A stretch of DNA of 60,927 nucleotides. Source: Candidatus Omnitrophota bacterium. Its GTDB lineage: Bacteria > Omnitrophota > Gorgyraeia > JAZDFF01. Position numbers and translations under genes: made by a program. Positions 9,022-18,687 of this stretch are shown here, piece after piece. Numbering within the stretch: the first letter of the stretch is position 1; the number at the start of each line of letters is the position of its first letter. The stretch covers positions 1 through 60,927 of the forward strand of contig JAZDFF010000005.1 in NCBI GenBank assembly GCA_043808095.1, given 5' to 3'. The notes below the pieces were generated by a model that worked only from the letters and a program-made list of their open reading frames with translations, made no database searches and was not told where the DNA came from.

Positions 9022-10593
9022 CTATTTAGCGTATTCGATAGCGCGCGTCTCACGGATAACGGTTACCTTAATCTGGCCCGGATATTCCATTCCCTCCTCA
9101 ATCTTTTTGCGGATATCCCGCGCCAAGATCTGGGCTTCGCTGTCTGTAATCTTATCCGGTTGAACAATTACGCGGATTTCCCTGCCTGCCTGAATAGCAT
9201 AAGATTTATCTACGCCTTTAAATAAGTTGGCAATCGTCTCTAAGTTCTCCAGGCGCTTGATGTAATTTTCCAAGGTCTCGCGCCTAGCCCCCGGACGGGC
9301 AGCGCTGACAGCGTCAGCTGCTGCAGCCAAAACCGCATAGAAAGATTTTATCTCGACTTCTTCGTGATGCGCCTCAATAGAGTGAATCACTTCTGGCGGC
9401 TCGTTGTATTTTCTGGCTAAATCCGCTCCAATGCGGCCGTGTGTCCCTTCGACCTCCTGGTCTACAGATTTACCAATATCATGAAGTAGGCCGATGCGCC
9501 TGGCTAATTTAAAGTCGGCACCGAGTTCTGAAGCCATTACGCCCATAAGGTAGGCCACCTCTTTGGAATGTTGGAGCGCATTCTGGCCGAAGCTGGTACG
9601 GTATTTAAGCCTGCCTAAGAGCTTTATCACCTCTGGATGCAGGCCGTGGATGCCAATGTCAAAAGCGGCCCTTTCTCCTTCCTCGCGGATTTTGTCCTGC
9701 ATCTCTCTTTTGGACTTCTCGACTATCTCTTCGATCCTGCCGGGGTGAATTCTGCCGTCACTAATTAATTTCTCCAAAGACATCCTAGCGACTTCTCTTC
9801 GCACCATATCAAATCCGGACAAAGTCACTGCCTCAGGCGTATCATCAATAATGACATCGATGCCGGTTGCCATTTCAAGTGCACGGATGTTTCTTCCTTC
9901 ACGGCCGATGATCCTGCCTTTCATCTCATCGCTTGGCAGATTAACAACACTTACTGTTGTCTCTACGGTATGCTCGGCTGCGCAGCGCTGAATGGCTAAA
10001 CTAATCAGTTCTCGTGCTTTTTTCTCGGATGCCTCTTTCAATTCCTCCTCGTTCTTTTTCAACAAGGCCGCCTTTTCATTTTTCAACTCATCTTCGATGC
10101 GCGACAACAGGAGTGTCTTGGCTTCTTCCGGTGACAGCAAAGAGATCTTTTGTAGCCTCTCTTTTTCCTCGGCTAAAAGTGCGTTAAACTGCGCCTCTTT
10201 ATTTTTTAAAGAGCCCTCAAGGTTCGCCGCGGCTGAATGCCTTGCCTCTATATCTTTTTCTTTTCTCTCCAAGAAAGATAGCCTACGGTCGATATTCTCT
10301 TCCTTCTGCGTCAGCCTTTTTTCAAGGTTAACCAGCTCTTGCCTACGGTCCTTGGTCTCTTTCTCAAAGTCTACGCGTAGCCTATAAAGTAGGTCTTTGG
10401 CCTCAAGGTCTGCTTCTTTTTTCTTTTCCTGGACATCTTTTTTGGCCGCCTCCAAAATCTGTTTTGCCGAGGCCATGGCATTTTTGAGCTTTTTCTCCTC
10501 TACATATCTACTTAAAATATAGCCGACAAAGACAAAAAGCCCTGCGGCTACTACAAAGATTAAAATGCTAAACAAACTTATATCTCTAGACAT
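9022..10593 (-). CDS. rny: ribonuclease Y
   Basis: N-terminal TM helix, long coiled-coil, KH domain ([15 protein letters not shown]) and HD domain (LLHDIGK). Confidence 0.95.
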   Translation of the reverse strand: MSRDISLFSILIFVVAAGLFVFVGYILSRYVEEKKLKNAMASAKQILEAAKKDVQEKKKEADLEAKDLLYRLRVDFEKETKDRRQELVNLEKRLTQKEENIDRRLSFLERKEKDIEARHSAAANLEGSLKNKEAQFNALLAEEKERLQKISLLSPEEAKTLLLSRIEDELKNEKAALLKKNEEELKEASEKKARELISLAIQRCAAEHTVETTVSVVNLPSDEMKGRIIGREGRNIRALEMATGIDVIIDDTPEAVTLSGFDMVRREVARMSLEKLISDGRIHPGRIEEIVEKSKREMQDKIREEGERAAFDIGIHGLHPEVIKLLGRLKYRTSFGQNALQHSKEVAYLMGVMASELGADFKLARRIGLLHDIGKSVDQEVEGTHGRIGADLARKYNEPPEVIHSIEAHHEEVEIKSFYAVLAAAADAVSAARPGARRETLENYIKRLENLETIANLFKGVDKSYAIQAGREIRVIVQPDKITDSEAQILARDIRKKIEEGMEYPGQIKVTVIRETRAIEYAK

Positions 10594-10654
10594 GACTGTT
10601 CCTCCCGATGATTATCTGTAAATAGGGTAAAGCTAGGCCCTATATCTTGGCAGA

Positions 10655-11209
10655 TTATGCGGACAGCACTTTCTTGACGGGAAGATCGAAGGAAGAATGA
10701 GGGATATCTTTTAAAACCTGAAAGTCAAAGGCAAGCCCGATGGTAGTGGTATCTTTGGGCAACTTTAGGAGAAATCGATCATAGTAACCCGCTCCGCGTC
10801 CCAGGCGGTTGCCGACCTTATCGAAGGCGATGCCCGGAATTATCGCAAGGTCAATACGGGATAAAGACAGCCTTCTGCAATTGCCAGTATGAGGCTGCAT
10901 AATCCCATAAGGACCCCTTGCGGTTTGGGTTGTAAGATCCTGAATCAAAAAAGGCGAGAGGGCCTTTGTCTTTCGGTAAATCACAGGTAAAGCAATTTTT
11001 TTACCCTTTTTTAAAGCTTCCTTTATCATTCTTCTTGTTTCTACCTCACCGTCAAATGCCAGATAGAATAGAATGGTCTTTGCGCGAATAAAGTCTGGCA
11101 GTCTGAATAACCTCCTCAATATCAAAAGACTTTTTTTGTTTCTTTTAACCTCCTTCTGAGATTTGAGTTTACTTAAAATTTTATCTCTTAAGGCCTGTTT
11201 TGTCAACAC
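10655..11209 (-). CDS. 5-formyltetrahydrofolate cyclo-ligase
   Basis: 184 aa. The IPGIAFD..GNRLGRGAGYYDRFL motif is typical of MTHFS. Confidence 0.8.
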   Translation of the reverse strand: MLTKQALRDKILSKLKSQKEVKRNKKSLLILRRLFRLPDFIRAKTILFYLAFDGEVETRRMIKEALKKGKKIALPVIYRKTKALSPFLIQDLTTQTARGPYGIMQPHTGNCRRLSLSRIDLAIIPGIAFDKVGNRLGRGAGYYDRFLLKLPKDTTTIGLAFDFQVLKDIPHSSFDLPVKKVLSA

Positions 11210-11271
11210 TTTCCCTCACTCCGTTCGGGAGTAACCAGATTACAGTAAACAGTAACCAGAAAAACTAATTT

Positions 11272-11703
11272 TTAATGTTTTCGTTTATCTTCTGGTTTCT
11301 GTACTCTGGTATCTGGTTTCTTGTCTTCTCCTTGCTTTTTATAATAATCTTCAATCGCTGCTTTTAAGGCCTGCTCAGCCAAGACCGAACAGTGCATCTT
11401 TATGGGTGGCAGTCCTCCTAAAGCATCGGCTACCGCCTTGTTTGAGATCTTTAGAACCTCGCTAATGGGCTTGCCTTTGATTAACTCGGTAACCATAGAG
11501 CTGGTGGCTATAGCGGCACCACATCCGAAAGTCTTAAACTTTGCATCAACTATTACGCCATTCTCTACTTTAATATATAACCTCAAGACGTCGCCACATA
11601 TGGGATTACCCACATTGCCGATGCCGCTTGCATCAGGTATCTCGCCGACATTGCGGGGATGAAGAAAATGATCCATGACCTGGGCAGAATAATTCTCAGG
11701 CAT
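11272..11703 (-). CDS. IscU/NifU-like Fe-S cluster scaffold
   Basis: GNPICGD...FKTFGCGAAIATSS...MHCSVLA carries the three conserved scaffold cysteines. Confidence 0.9.
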   Translation of the reverse strand: MPENYSAQVMDHFLHPRNVGEIPDASGIGNVGNPICGDVLRLYIKVENGVIVDAKFKTFGCGAAIATSSMVTELIKGKPISEVLKISNKAVADALGGLPPIKMHCSVLAEQALKAAIEDYYKKQGEDKKPDTRVQKPEDKRKH

Positions 11704-12361
11704 TCTTAATTACCTCCGCCGACAATGACCGGGGTTTCACCATCTTGGAGTAGTCTTTAGGCGGCTTTATCTTAAGCATCAATTCGGCCTTGCCCTTTTT
11801 CTCTAATTCCTTAAATATCAAAACCCAGGCGCAATCGCGCTCTTTGTCGACCTCGCATTTTCCTTTGTTCTGCCCGCCGCAGGGGCCATTTAAAAGGCCT
11901 TTTGAACATAAAGTAACCGGGCAGATCCCGCCGGTTATCTCTAAGACGCATTCACCGCAGGCTGAACATTTTTCTCTGAATATCCCCTGGCTATCAACGA
12001 TCGCGCCGAATAAGGTATCGCAGCCGGGTAAAACAAATAATTCCAGGCGGTCATTTTCTTTTACAGACTGGACTCCGGAACCGCAGGCCAAGATCAACAT
12101 CGCCTCGGACTCTTTGAGGGCATTTTTATTTTTGGCCATCTCTATCTTAAGCTGAGCTGCAACGCATGGGGCCTTGGGAATAATAAAGCCGGTTACAGTA
12201 TAGCCTTCTTTTTCTAAGAATTCTTTCATCTTTTTAATCTCTTCTTCGCCGCCTGTCTTACAAGTAGTTGCGCAGTCGCCGCAGCCGACTAAAAATATCT
12301 TTTTATAGGGGCCGCACATCCTTAAGATCTCATCCTGCGGTTTTTGTTTTGTGGCAATCAT
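11696..12361 (-). CDS. Cys-rich protein with methylenetetrahydrofolate reductase C-terminal-like (MTHFR_C) domain
   Basis: CSACGECVL...CPVTLCSKGLLNGPCGG resembles the MTHFR_C / MetV-type zinc-ribbon signature. Assigned from memory of the motif only. Confidence 0.55.
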   Translation of the reverse strand: MIATKQKPQDEILRMCGPYKKIFLVGCGDCATTCKTGGEEEIKKMKEFLEKEGYTVTGFIIPKAPCVAAQLKIEMAKNKNALKESEAMLILACGSGVQSVKENDRLELFVLPGCDTLFGAIVDSQGIFREKCSACGECVLEITGGICPVTLCSKGLLNGPCGGQNKGKCEVDKERDCAWVLIFKELEKKGKAELMLKIKPPKDYSKMVKPRSLSAEVIKNA

Positions 12362-13713
12362 TCTCGAGTTTCTCCTTTTTTCAGCCTCTCCATGCGCTGT
12401 TTAATCTTAGCCTCATATCCTATGTCTGTGGGCTCATAGTATTTTACTTTTTTACGGGTATATTTTTGTTTTACGTAATGGCCGGCGAAATCATGGGCAT
12501 ATTTGTAGCCTTTGCCATGGCCTAATTTATCCGCGCCCGGATAAGAGGCGTCTTTTAAATGCTCTGGGACTTCCTGGGTCTTTGCGCCTTTGATATCGCC
12601 AGTTGCTTTTTCAATGCCCAGGTATGCCGCATTAGACTTAGGGGCGCAGGCCACATAGACCGTAGCCTGGGCAAGGGGAATCCTTGCCTCAGGCAGGCCC
12701 ACAAATTCCGAAATCTGTAAGGCCGCATTGGCTAAGACCACGGCTAAGGGATCGGCATTGCCTACGTCTTCGCTTGCGGCAATGCAAATCCGACGGGCAA
12801 TAAACCGCGGGTCTTCTCCGGCATAAAGCATCTTTGCAAGCCAATACAATGCCGCATCCGGGTCAGAGCCGCGCATGGATTTTATAAAGGCCGATGCCGT
12901 ATCATAATGGCCGTCTTCGTCATGGTCATAGACAACTGCCTTTTTCTGGATGGATTCTTCGGCTACCTTTAAATCAAAATGTACGCGGCCGTCTTTTTTT
13001 CTGGGCGTGGTCAAAACGCCCAATTCCAGGGCATTCAGTGCCCGTCGCGCGTCGCCGTCTGATATGCGGCTTAAAAATTCCAATGCCTCTTTATCTGCTT
13101 CAACCGGGATATTGCCCAGGCCTCTTTTTTTATCAGAAAGTGCGCGCTCTAAAATTACCACTAACTCTTTTTCCCTAAGCGGTTTTAGTTCAAAGACCAG
13201 CGACCGGGATAGAAGCGCAGACACCAGAGAAAAAAACGGGTTATGCACTGTGGCGCCGATCAAGATAATATTCGCCGTCTCCACATCCGGGTTTAAGACA
13301 TCCTGCTGGGCCTTGTTAAAACGGTGAATCTCGTCGATAAAAAGGATGGTCTTGCCGCCGGTATTAGCTCTGCGGTTTTTGGCAGAAGAAATTATTTTAC
13401 GCAATTCCTCCACATTTGAGCCAACTGCATTGACGGGTTCAAAGTGTGAACCGGTTTTATTGGCGATACACAGGGCGAGACTCGTCTTACCGGTTCCCGG
13501 AGGGCCGTAAAGTATTAAAGAACTTAAGCGATCTGCTTCAATGGCGCGCCTTAGGAGCTTGCCTTTTCCTAAGATATGCTCCTGGCCGATAAACTCCTCA
13601 AGAGACTCAGGCCTCATCCGCGCGGCCAAAGGCTCATTTTTGGTTTGAGGCTCTTTTTTTGTAACAAACAGGTCTGAATTTCTATCTAAGAGGGCTTCGC
13701 TCTTCACTCTCAT
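12358..13713 (-). CDS. rarA: replication-associated recombination protein A (AAA+ ATPase)
   Basis: GPPGTGKTSLA Walker A, ILFIDEIHRFNK Walker B/sensor, and a C-terminal MgsA domain (YLGIEKA..PEHLKDASY..LGHGKGYKYAHD). Confidence 0.9.
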   Translation of the reverse strand: MRVKSEALLDRNSDLFVTKKEPQTKNEPLAARMRPESLEEFIGQEHILGKGKLLRRAIEADRLSSLILYGPPGTGKTSLALCIANKTGSHFEPVNAVGSNVEELRKIISSAKNRRANTGGKTILFIDEIHRFNKAQQDVLNPDVETANIILIGATVHNPFFSLVSALLSRSLVFELKPLREKELVVILERALSDKKRGLGNIPVEADKEALEFLSRISDGDARRALNALELGVLTTPRKKDGRVHFDLKVAEESIQKKAVVYDHDEDGHYDTASAFIKSMRGSDPDAALYWLAKMLYAGEDPRFIARRICIAASEDVGNADPLAVVLANAALQISEFVGLPEARIPLAQATVYVACAPKSNAAYLGIEKATGDIKGAKTQEVPEHLKDASYPGADKLGHGKGYKYAHDFAGHYVKQKYTRKKVKYYEPTDIGYEAKIKQRMERLKKGETRE

Positions 13714-13911
13714 TATAGGTTATTTGGGGCTGCGGGGGTTATTTAAAGTTAAAATGGAGTTTCAAAAAGCCTGCCTGCCCCGAGAAATTCGTAGAATTTC
13801 CGGGACTAAAGTCCTTGGAATTTTACAAAGTAAAATTCCTAAGGGCCGGTGAGGCAGACAACTTCATATAACCTCAAATAACATTAGATAACATCATTTA
13901 ACCCCTAAAAT
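13714..13911. repeat. ~190-bp compound hairpin upstream of rarA
   Basis: Outer arms aggttatttgggg..gggggttatttaaagtt versus aacttcatataacctcaaataac..atttaacccc. Inner arms gcctgcctgccccg.. versus ..ggccggtgaggcagac, with gaaattc/gaatttc words. Confidence 0.7.
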
Positions 13912-14076
13912 AAAAAATCCCCGCAACATGCCGTCGGTAGGATGTTTAGAACCCTTTTTCATCAAGTGGGAACTTCTCAATTCACCCAAGGGTGAAACGA
14001 AGTTAGGCTCCCTTTCCTTTTATGTTGGTTCAATACACATTGCTCTACCGACGCACACGGCAGGGATAAGTTTCTA
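13912..14076 (-). ncRNA. candidate ~165-nt rod-shaped small RNA (6S-like architecture)
   Basis: On the minus strand, a ~21-bp closing helix (CCCUGCCGUGUGCGUCGGUAG / CUACCGACGGCAUGUUGCGGGG) is followed by AUUUUUUAUUUU. There is an internal ~13/14-nt bubble and an apical stem GGGA..AACUUC..CACCC-UUG-GGUG..GAAGUU..CCC. It is preceded by a near-consensus promoter and no ORF is present. Confidence 0.45.
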
Positions 14077-14081
14077 AACTA

Positions 14082-14110
14082 AATATAGCACATCGCAAAA
14101 TAAAAATCAA
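14082..14110 (-). promoter_or_regulatory. sigma70-like promoter TTGATT-17-TATATT driving the candidate sRNA
   Basis: On the minus strand, the -35 TTGATT is at 14110-14105 and the -10 TATATT at 14087-14082, with a 17-nt spacer. Confidence 0.5.
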
Positions 14111-14160
14111 GGGCTATTATAAATTAATGACTGATGCCTCCTGCCTGCTAACCATTTTAA

Positions 14161-16485
14161 CTAGGGATGCGGGCTGTAATTCTTAACCAGTGGCCGCTTA
14201 TACAAGACTTGGCTAATACGGCTCTCTAACTGATAAATCCCATCTCTACAGGAAGATCTCTCAAGGATTAAAACATCTTTATCCTCTAATTTATACTGCG
14301 TATCACTAATAGGGGAATAAAAACCCCCTCCCGCCAAAAATAATACTTTTTCTAACTGTTTTTCTGCTTTATCTTTTGGGCATTTTTGTTTATATAAAAG
14401 ATAAAGCCTGATATTGGACTCTTCATCCAAGGGGCTGATTAAAAGGGCCTTAGCTAAATCCTTGATAGACTCATCCAGGTTGCCCCCCTTTTCATCGATA
14501 ATTGACCTTAAGATATAGGGCTCTTTTATGCCTGGCGAGGTTAAGATAATTTGGTTAATTACATCGTGCGCCTCTTTAAACTTATCCAGTTTTATATAGC
14601 ACCTAGCCAGGGCAATGCTTACATAAGTATCAGCTTTTTCTTTAAGCGCCTTTTTGTAGAAGGTTAGTGCCTGATTAAAATTCTGGCTATAAAAATAAAG
14701 GTCTGCCAAAAATACATTGTCTGGCCCCTTAGCCTTAGAAATCAAAGAAAGCCCCTTTTTAGAAATGCATCCTGCAGCATTAAATCCAAATTCGCCGCTT
14801 CTTATAATCCCTTTTAAAATTTCTGGCGGAATGTTATCCAGGCGGGGATTAGTCTCCAATTCTAAATCTAATAAATCCAGATAATGCGGGCCGAACATCG
14901 AGAACGGATCAAGGGTAGCGGCCTTAATTAGGCCTTCCTTTGCCAGCTTAAAATCTTTTTGCCGACAGTATAGCCAGGCGAGGTTATTGACAAGCGAGGC
15001 ATCCAGCGGATTTAGTAAAACCGCCTTTTCGTATTCCACAATACCTCTTCTTTCGGCAACCTTTGCATATAAACTCCCCAGGCTTGCTTTATAAATCGGA
15101 TGCCTGTCTAATCTGTAGGCCTTATTTAGGTAAGCAATCGCCTCTTGTATTTTGCCCCTGTCTGCTAAAGCAACGCCTTTCTTGAAAAACATACTAGCCG
15201 CAAATGGCCTTAATATAAATGCTAACCAGAAAATTAAAATAAAAAGGATTGCCGGTTTCTTAGAAACAACTATCTTCTTTGCATCCTGGTTCAGGCCTTG
15301 ATAAATTGCACAAAATATGCCTAAAAATAAAAAGATATATAAGCCCACTGCCGTCGACCAGAGAGTATAGTCGAGCTGATTATGCACTAAGACTGCTAAA
15401 AGCCCCCCGCTAAGGCCTAAAATAATATGAAATCTAAAATCCGTTGGCTTAAGCCTCTCTCTAAGGCGCAAGAATGCACTAGAGAAGGCCATGATGGCCA
15501 AGGCAAAAAATATCAGGCCCAATATACCGTTTTCAGCTAAATTCTCCAAAAATATGTTATGGGCATGCTGCTGCCAATCGGGGCTATTTAAATGCCCAAA
15601 ATAGACCCAGCCAAAATTTGAAAGGCCTACGCCTAAAAACCGGCTGTCTAAAAAAATCTTTATAGCAGTTTTATAAGTATGCAGCCTTGGGATAATCGAC
15701 TTTTTTATCAGCCAATCCGCTGTAAGTAGGCGCTGATTTAATTCCGGTGTTAACGACGCCCCAAAAATGAAAAACACGGCTACGGCTAAAAATAAAATAG
15801 CCGCCAGCCAAACAAAATATTTCGTCCTGTAGGCATAAACTAAAAATAGTAAAGAAATAACAAGGGCTAATAGCGGGGCCCTTGAATAGGTAAGCATCAG
15901 ATTAAAGAGGCCTGCAATTATGAATAGGCCCAATATTATCTTTAGGCTAGTCTTTTTTAGCCCTTTAAATATGCTTATAGAAAGTGGCAGCCCCAAGATT
16001 AAAAAAGATGCCAGTATATTTGCATTTTTAAATATTGCCTGGTATCTCGTGCTAAGGCCGGAAATCCCGAAGAGTTTGATTCCTGATATTATGGAAATGG
16101 AATTCAGGATAACCACGCAAGCTAAGCCTGCCAGGGCATATAAGACGGTGCTTTTAAGGGCCCCCTCTGTCTTGTTAAAAGAGCATACGAGGACAAAGAA
16201 TAAACCGAAGCAGAAAAGTTTTATTGCCTCCTGGAGACTGCCGTAAAAATACCTGGACCATAATACGGATAATACGCAAATTAAAAGATAAACGGCCAAA
16301 TAAATATTCGGCCGGGTTAGGCTGAAAATAATTTTTTCTTCGCAAAGATAAATAAGGAGGGCAAAGACAATGAGGGACTCTAATGCAAATAGCGCCTGGC
16401 TAGTATTATTATTAAATAAAACCGGGCCGCAGACTAAAATGAATAATAAGGGCAGGCGGGAAAACTCAGGTCTTAGATATCTCAT
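14161..16485 (-). CDS. O-antigen ligase (Wzy_C)-like polytopic membrane protein with C-terminal TPR repeats
   Basis: Multiple TM helices, YSRAPLLAL and HAHNIFLENLAENGILG motifs, and a TPR-like C-terminal half. 774 aa. Confidence 0.7.
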   Translation of the reverse strand: MRYLRPEFSRLPLLFILVCGPVLFNNNTSQALFALESLIVFALLIYLCEEKIIFSLTRPNIYLAVYLLICVLSVLWSRYFYGSLQEAIKLFCFGLFFVLVCSFNKTEGALKSTVLYALAGLACVVILNSISIISGIKLFGISGLSTRYQAIFKNANILASFLILGLPLSISIFKGLKKTSLKIILGLFIIAGLFNLMLTYSRAPLLALVISLLFLVYAYRTKYFVWLAAILFLAVAVFFIFGASLTPELNQRLLTADWLIKKSIIPRLHTYKTAIKIFLDSRFLGVGLSNFGWVYFGHLNSPDWQQHAHNIFLENLAENGILGLIFFALAIMAFSSAFLRLRERLKPTDFRFHIILGLSGGLLAVLVHNQLDYTLWSTAVGLYIFLFLGIFCAIYQGLNQDAKKIVVSKKPAILFILIFWLAFILRPFAASMFFKKGVALADRGKIQEAIAYLNKAYRLDRHPIYKASLGSLYAKVAERRGIVEYEKAVLLNPLDASLVNNLAWLYCRQKDFKLAKEGLIKAATLDPFSMFGPHYLDLLDLELETNPRLDNIPPEILKGIIRSGEFGFNAAGCISKKGLSLISKAKGPDNVFLADLYFYSQNFNQALTFYKKALKEKADTYVSIALARCYIKLDKFKEAHDVINQIILTSPGIKEPYILRSIIDEKGGNLDESIKDLAKALLISPLDEESNIRLYLLYKQKCPKDKAEKQLEKVLFLAGGGFYSPISDTQYKLEDKDVLILERSSCRDGIYQLESRISQVLYKRPLVKNYSPHP

Positions 16486-16493
16486 TTATGAGA

Positions 16494-18605
16494 CTATCTT
16501 ATCTTAACGCCCAGCGCATTCACCAGGCGCGCGATTATCTTTTGGTGGATGGTGTCGACTTCTTCGTCTGTGAGCGTGCGGGCTGCCAGTTGATATTCTA
16601 TCTGGAAGGTCAGGCCGCGTGAGCCTTTGGGAATTTGATTGCCGATGTATTGATCAATTAATTTTACGCAAGTTATGTATCCAGGGCCTTCTTCTCGGAT
16701 AATTTTTACTACCTCGTGCTGAGCCAGCGCATATTTTGCCACAATACTTAAATCCCTTTTTATCGACGGGTAATTCGAATAGGCCGCGTAATTTTGCTTT
16801 GGCTGGATGAATTTTGACAGGGCCTCAATGGAGATCTCGGCAATAAACACGCCTTTTCTTTTTATATCATAGTTGGCCAGGACCTGGCCTTTAACTTCAC
16901 CCATGCATCCTAAGGCCTTATCCTTTATTTTTATAACTGCGGCCCTGTCTGGGGCCAGATATGGACAATCGCAAGCAATAAAAGAATATTCCTTGATGCC
17001 CAGCCGCGAAAACAAAGCCTCGATTAAACCCTTTAAATCAAAGAATGTTAACTCGCCGCTTTCACGCAGCCAATTATCGCCTGCCTGACCAAAAATAACA
17101 ATGCCTAAGCTCGGTTGCTCATTGGGATATGCGCCTTGTGTGCCTCTTAAATAAACCGGACCGCATTCAAAGGCCTTGATAGTATCCATCCTGTTGCTTA
17201 CGTTCCTGGCTACGCATTGCAGAAGGCCGGCAATGAGCGTTGGACGCATAACCTCCTGGTCTTTACTCAAGGGGTTTTTAATCTGTATGGCATCAGGGTC
17301 TTGAAGATTTAATTTAAAAAGCAGGTCCCGGCTGATAAGACTGTAGGAGATAATCTCATTTAGGCCCAGTCCGGCTAAGGTCTCTCTGATAACGGCCTGT
17401 TCTTGGCGCAAAAAATTAGGGCTATTTAGAATGTGCAAAGCCCGGATATAAGGAAGGCTGGCTTTAATCTTATCATAGCCAAAGATGCGGCTGATTTCTT
17501 CAACCAAGTCGACCGCTGCCCTGACGTCCCTGCGGAAACTGGGGGTTGAAACAGAAATACTATCTTTGGTTTTTGTGCTTATGCCAAATCCCAGATTCTT
17601 TAAGATGGTTTTTATTTGAGCGGCCTTTAATTCAGTGCCTAAAATCTTATTGACCTGACTAAAACCAAGGGTTATCTTTGGCTCTTTTTTATCTATTTTT
17701 TTGCCTTTAGCCTCATCGCAAACAAGTCTGCCTCCGCAGAGCTCCTGGATTAAGGCTACTGCCTTATCGGATGCTGCAATCACCATAGGTAAATCTACTC
17801 CCCTCTCAAAACGGTATGAGGATTCAGAGGCCAACCCCAAGGCCCGAGAACCCCGACGGATAATGATGGGATTAAAATAGGCGCTTTCTAATAAGATGTT
17901 TTTCGTCGCGCTGTCTACCTCGGTATCTAAGCCGCCCATTATCCCTGCCAATGCAATCGGCCCGACTCGATCTGCAATCACTAAGTCATCAGGCGATAAC
18001 TGGCGCTCAATACCGTCAATAGCAATAATCTTCTCGCCTTTTCCTGCCCGCCTGACAATAATCTCGGCGGTTGACCTCTTTAATATCTTATCATAATCAA
18101 AGGCATGCATGGGCTGACCCAATTCCATTAGGCAGTAATTAGTTATATCGACAATATTGTTTATCGGCCGCAGCCCCACTGCCTCTAATCTCGTCTTAAG
18201 CCAATCTGGCGAGGGACCGACTAAAACGCCTTTAATCAACCGGCCGGTGTAAAGCGGGCAGTCTTTTAAGCCTTCCATCTTGATAGAAAATAACTTGTCT
18301 TCAGGCTTTTTACCTGGGGACCTGGTGACCTGCGACCGAAGGGAGTCCCGAGCGTAGCCGGGGGGGGGACCTGGTGACCACTTTAGTTTTTTGTTTGTAA
18401 TCGCCGCCACTTCTCTGGCTATGCCCAAGACACTCAGGCAATCCGCTCGATTTGGCGTGACTTCAATTTCAAAAATGGTATCACCAGAACCCAATTTTTC
18501 TGAGGCCGTGACCTCAAGGCCGGCCATAGTGAGTTTAGCAGCCAGTTCTTGCGGCTCTAATTTAATATCTACGAAGTCTTTTAACCAATTATAGGTAACT
18601 TTCAT
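16494..18605 (-). CDS. pheT: phenylalanyl-tRNA synthetase beta subunit
   Basis: MKVTYNWLKDF start (ATG 18605, with GC repeat upstream), tRNA-binding domain, B3/4, B5 and FDX-ACB regions. It contains an in-frame repeat-derived segment at 18316-18379. Confidence 0.95.
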   Translation of the reverse strand: MKVTYNWLKDFVDIKLEPQELAAKLTMAGLEVTASEKLGSGDTIFEIEVTPNRADCLSVLGIAREVAAITNKKLKWSPGPPPGYARDSLRSQVTRSPGKKPEDKLFSIKMEGLKDCPLYTGRLIKGVLVGPSPDWLKTRLEAVGLRPINNIVDITNYCLMELGQPMHAFDYDKILKRSTAEIIVRRAGKGEKIIAIDGIERQLSPDDLVIADRVGPIALAGIMGGLDTEVDSATKNILLESAYFNPIIIRRGSRALGLASESSYRFERGVDLPMVIAASDKAVALIQELCGGRLVCDEAKGKKIDKKEPKITLGFSQVNKILGTELKAAQIKTILKNLGFGISTKTKDSISVSTPSFRRDVRAAVDLVEEISRIFGYDKIKASLPYIRALHILNSPNFLRQEQAVIRETLAGLGLNEIISYSLISRDLLFKLNLQDPDAIQIKNPLSKDQEVMRPTLIAGLLQCVARNVSNRMDTIKAFECGPVYLRGTQGAYPNEQPSLGIVIFGQAGDNWLRESGELTFFDLKGLIEALFSRLGIKEYSFIACDCPYLAPDRAAVIKIKDKALGCMGEVKGQVLANYDIKRKGVFIAEISIEALSKFIQPKQNYAAYSNYPSIKRDLSIVAKYALAQHEVVKIIREEGPGYITCVKLIDQYIGNQIPKGSRGLTFQIEYQLAARTLTDEEVDTIHQKIIARLVNALGVKIR

Positions 18606-18687
18606 CGTACACGAATTTTCACGAATCCCTGCCTGCAGCAGGCAGGAAACACGAATTTTCACGAATAAATTCGTGTTAATTCGTGCA
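18606..18687. repeat. word-hairpin element, CGAAT family with GC hairpin core
   Basis: An exact 18-mer direct repeat acacgaattttcacgaat (18609-18626 and 18649-18666) flanks cctgcctgcagcaggcagg (18628-18646). This is followed by cacgaataaattcgtg. Confidence 0.85.

Noticed and set aside
13912-14076. An SRP (4.5S) RNA identity for the rod-shaped RNA.
   Set aside because: The apical loop is CUUG rather than a GNAR tetraloop. The conserved helix-8 asymmetric and symmetric loop sequences (GGAAGCAGC.., ..GGCA) are absent.
18606-18687. A possible CRISPR array, considered because direct repeats occur at 18609/18649, 19231/19275 and 34268/34299, and because of the general abundance of repeats.
   Set aside because: Each site has only two copies with no regular repeat-spacer periodicity. 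The repeats are part of palindromic elements or parS sites, and the window has no cas genes or leader.
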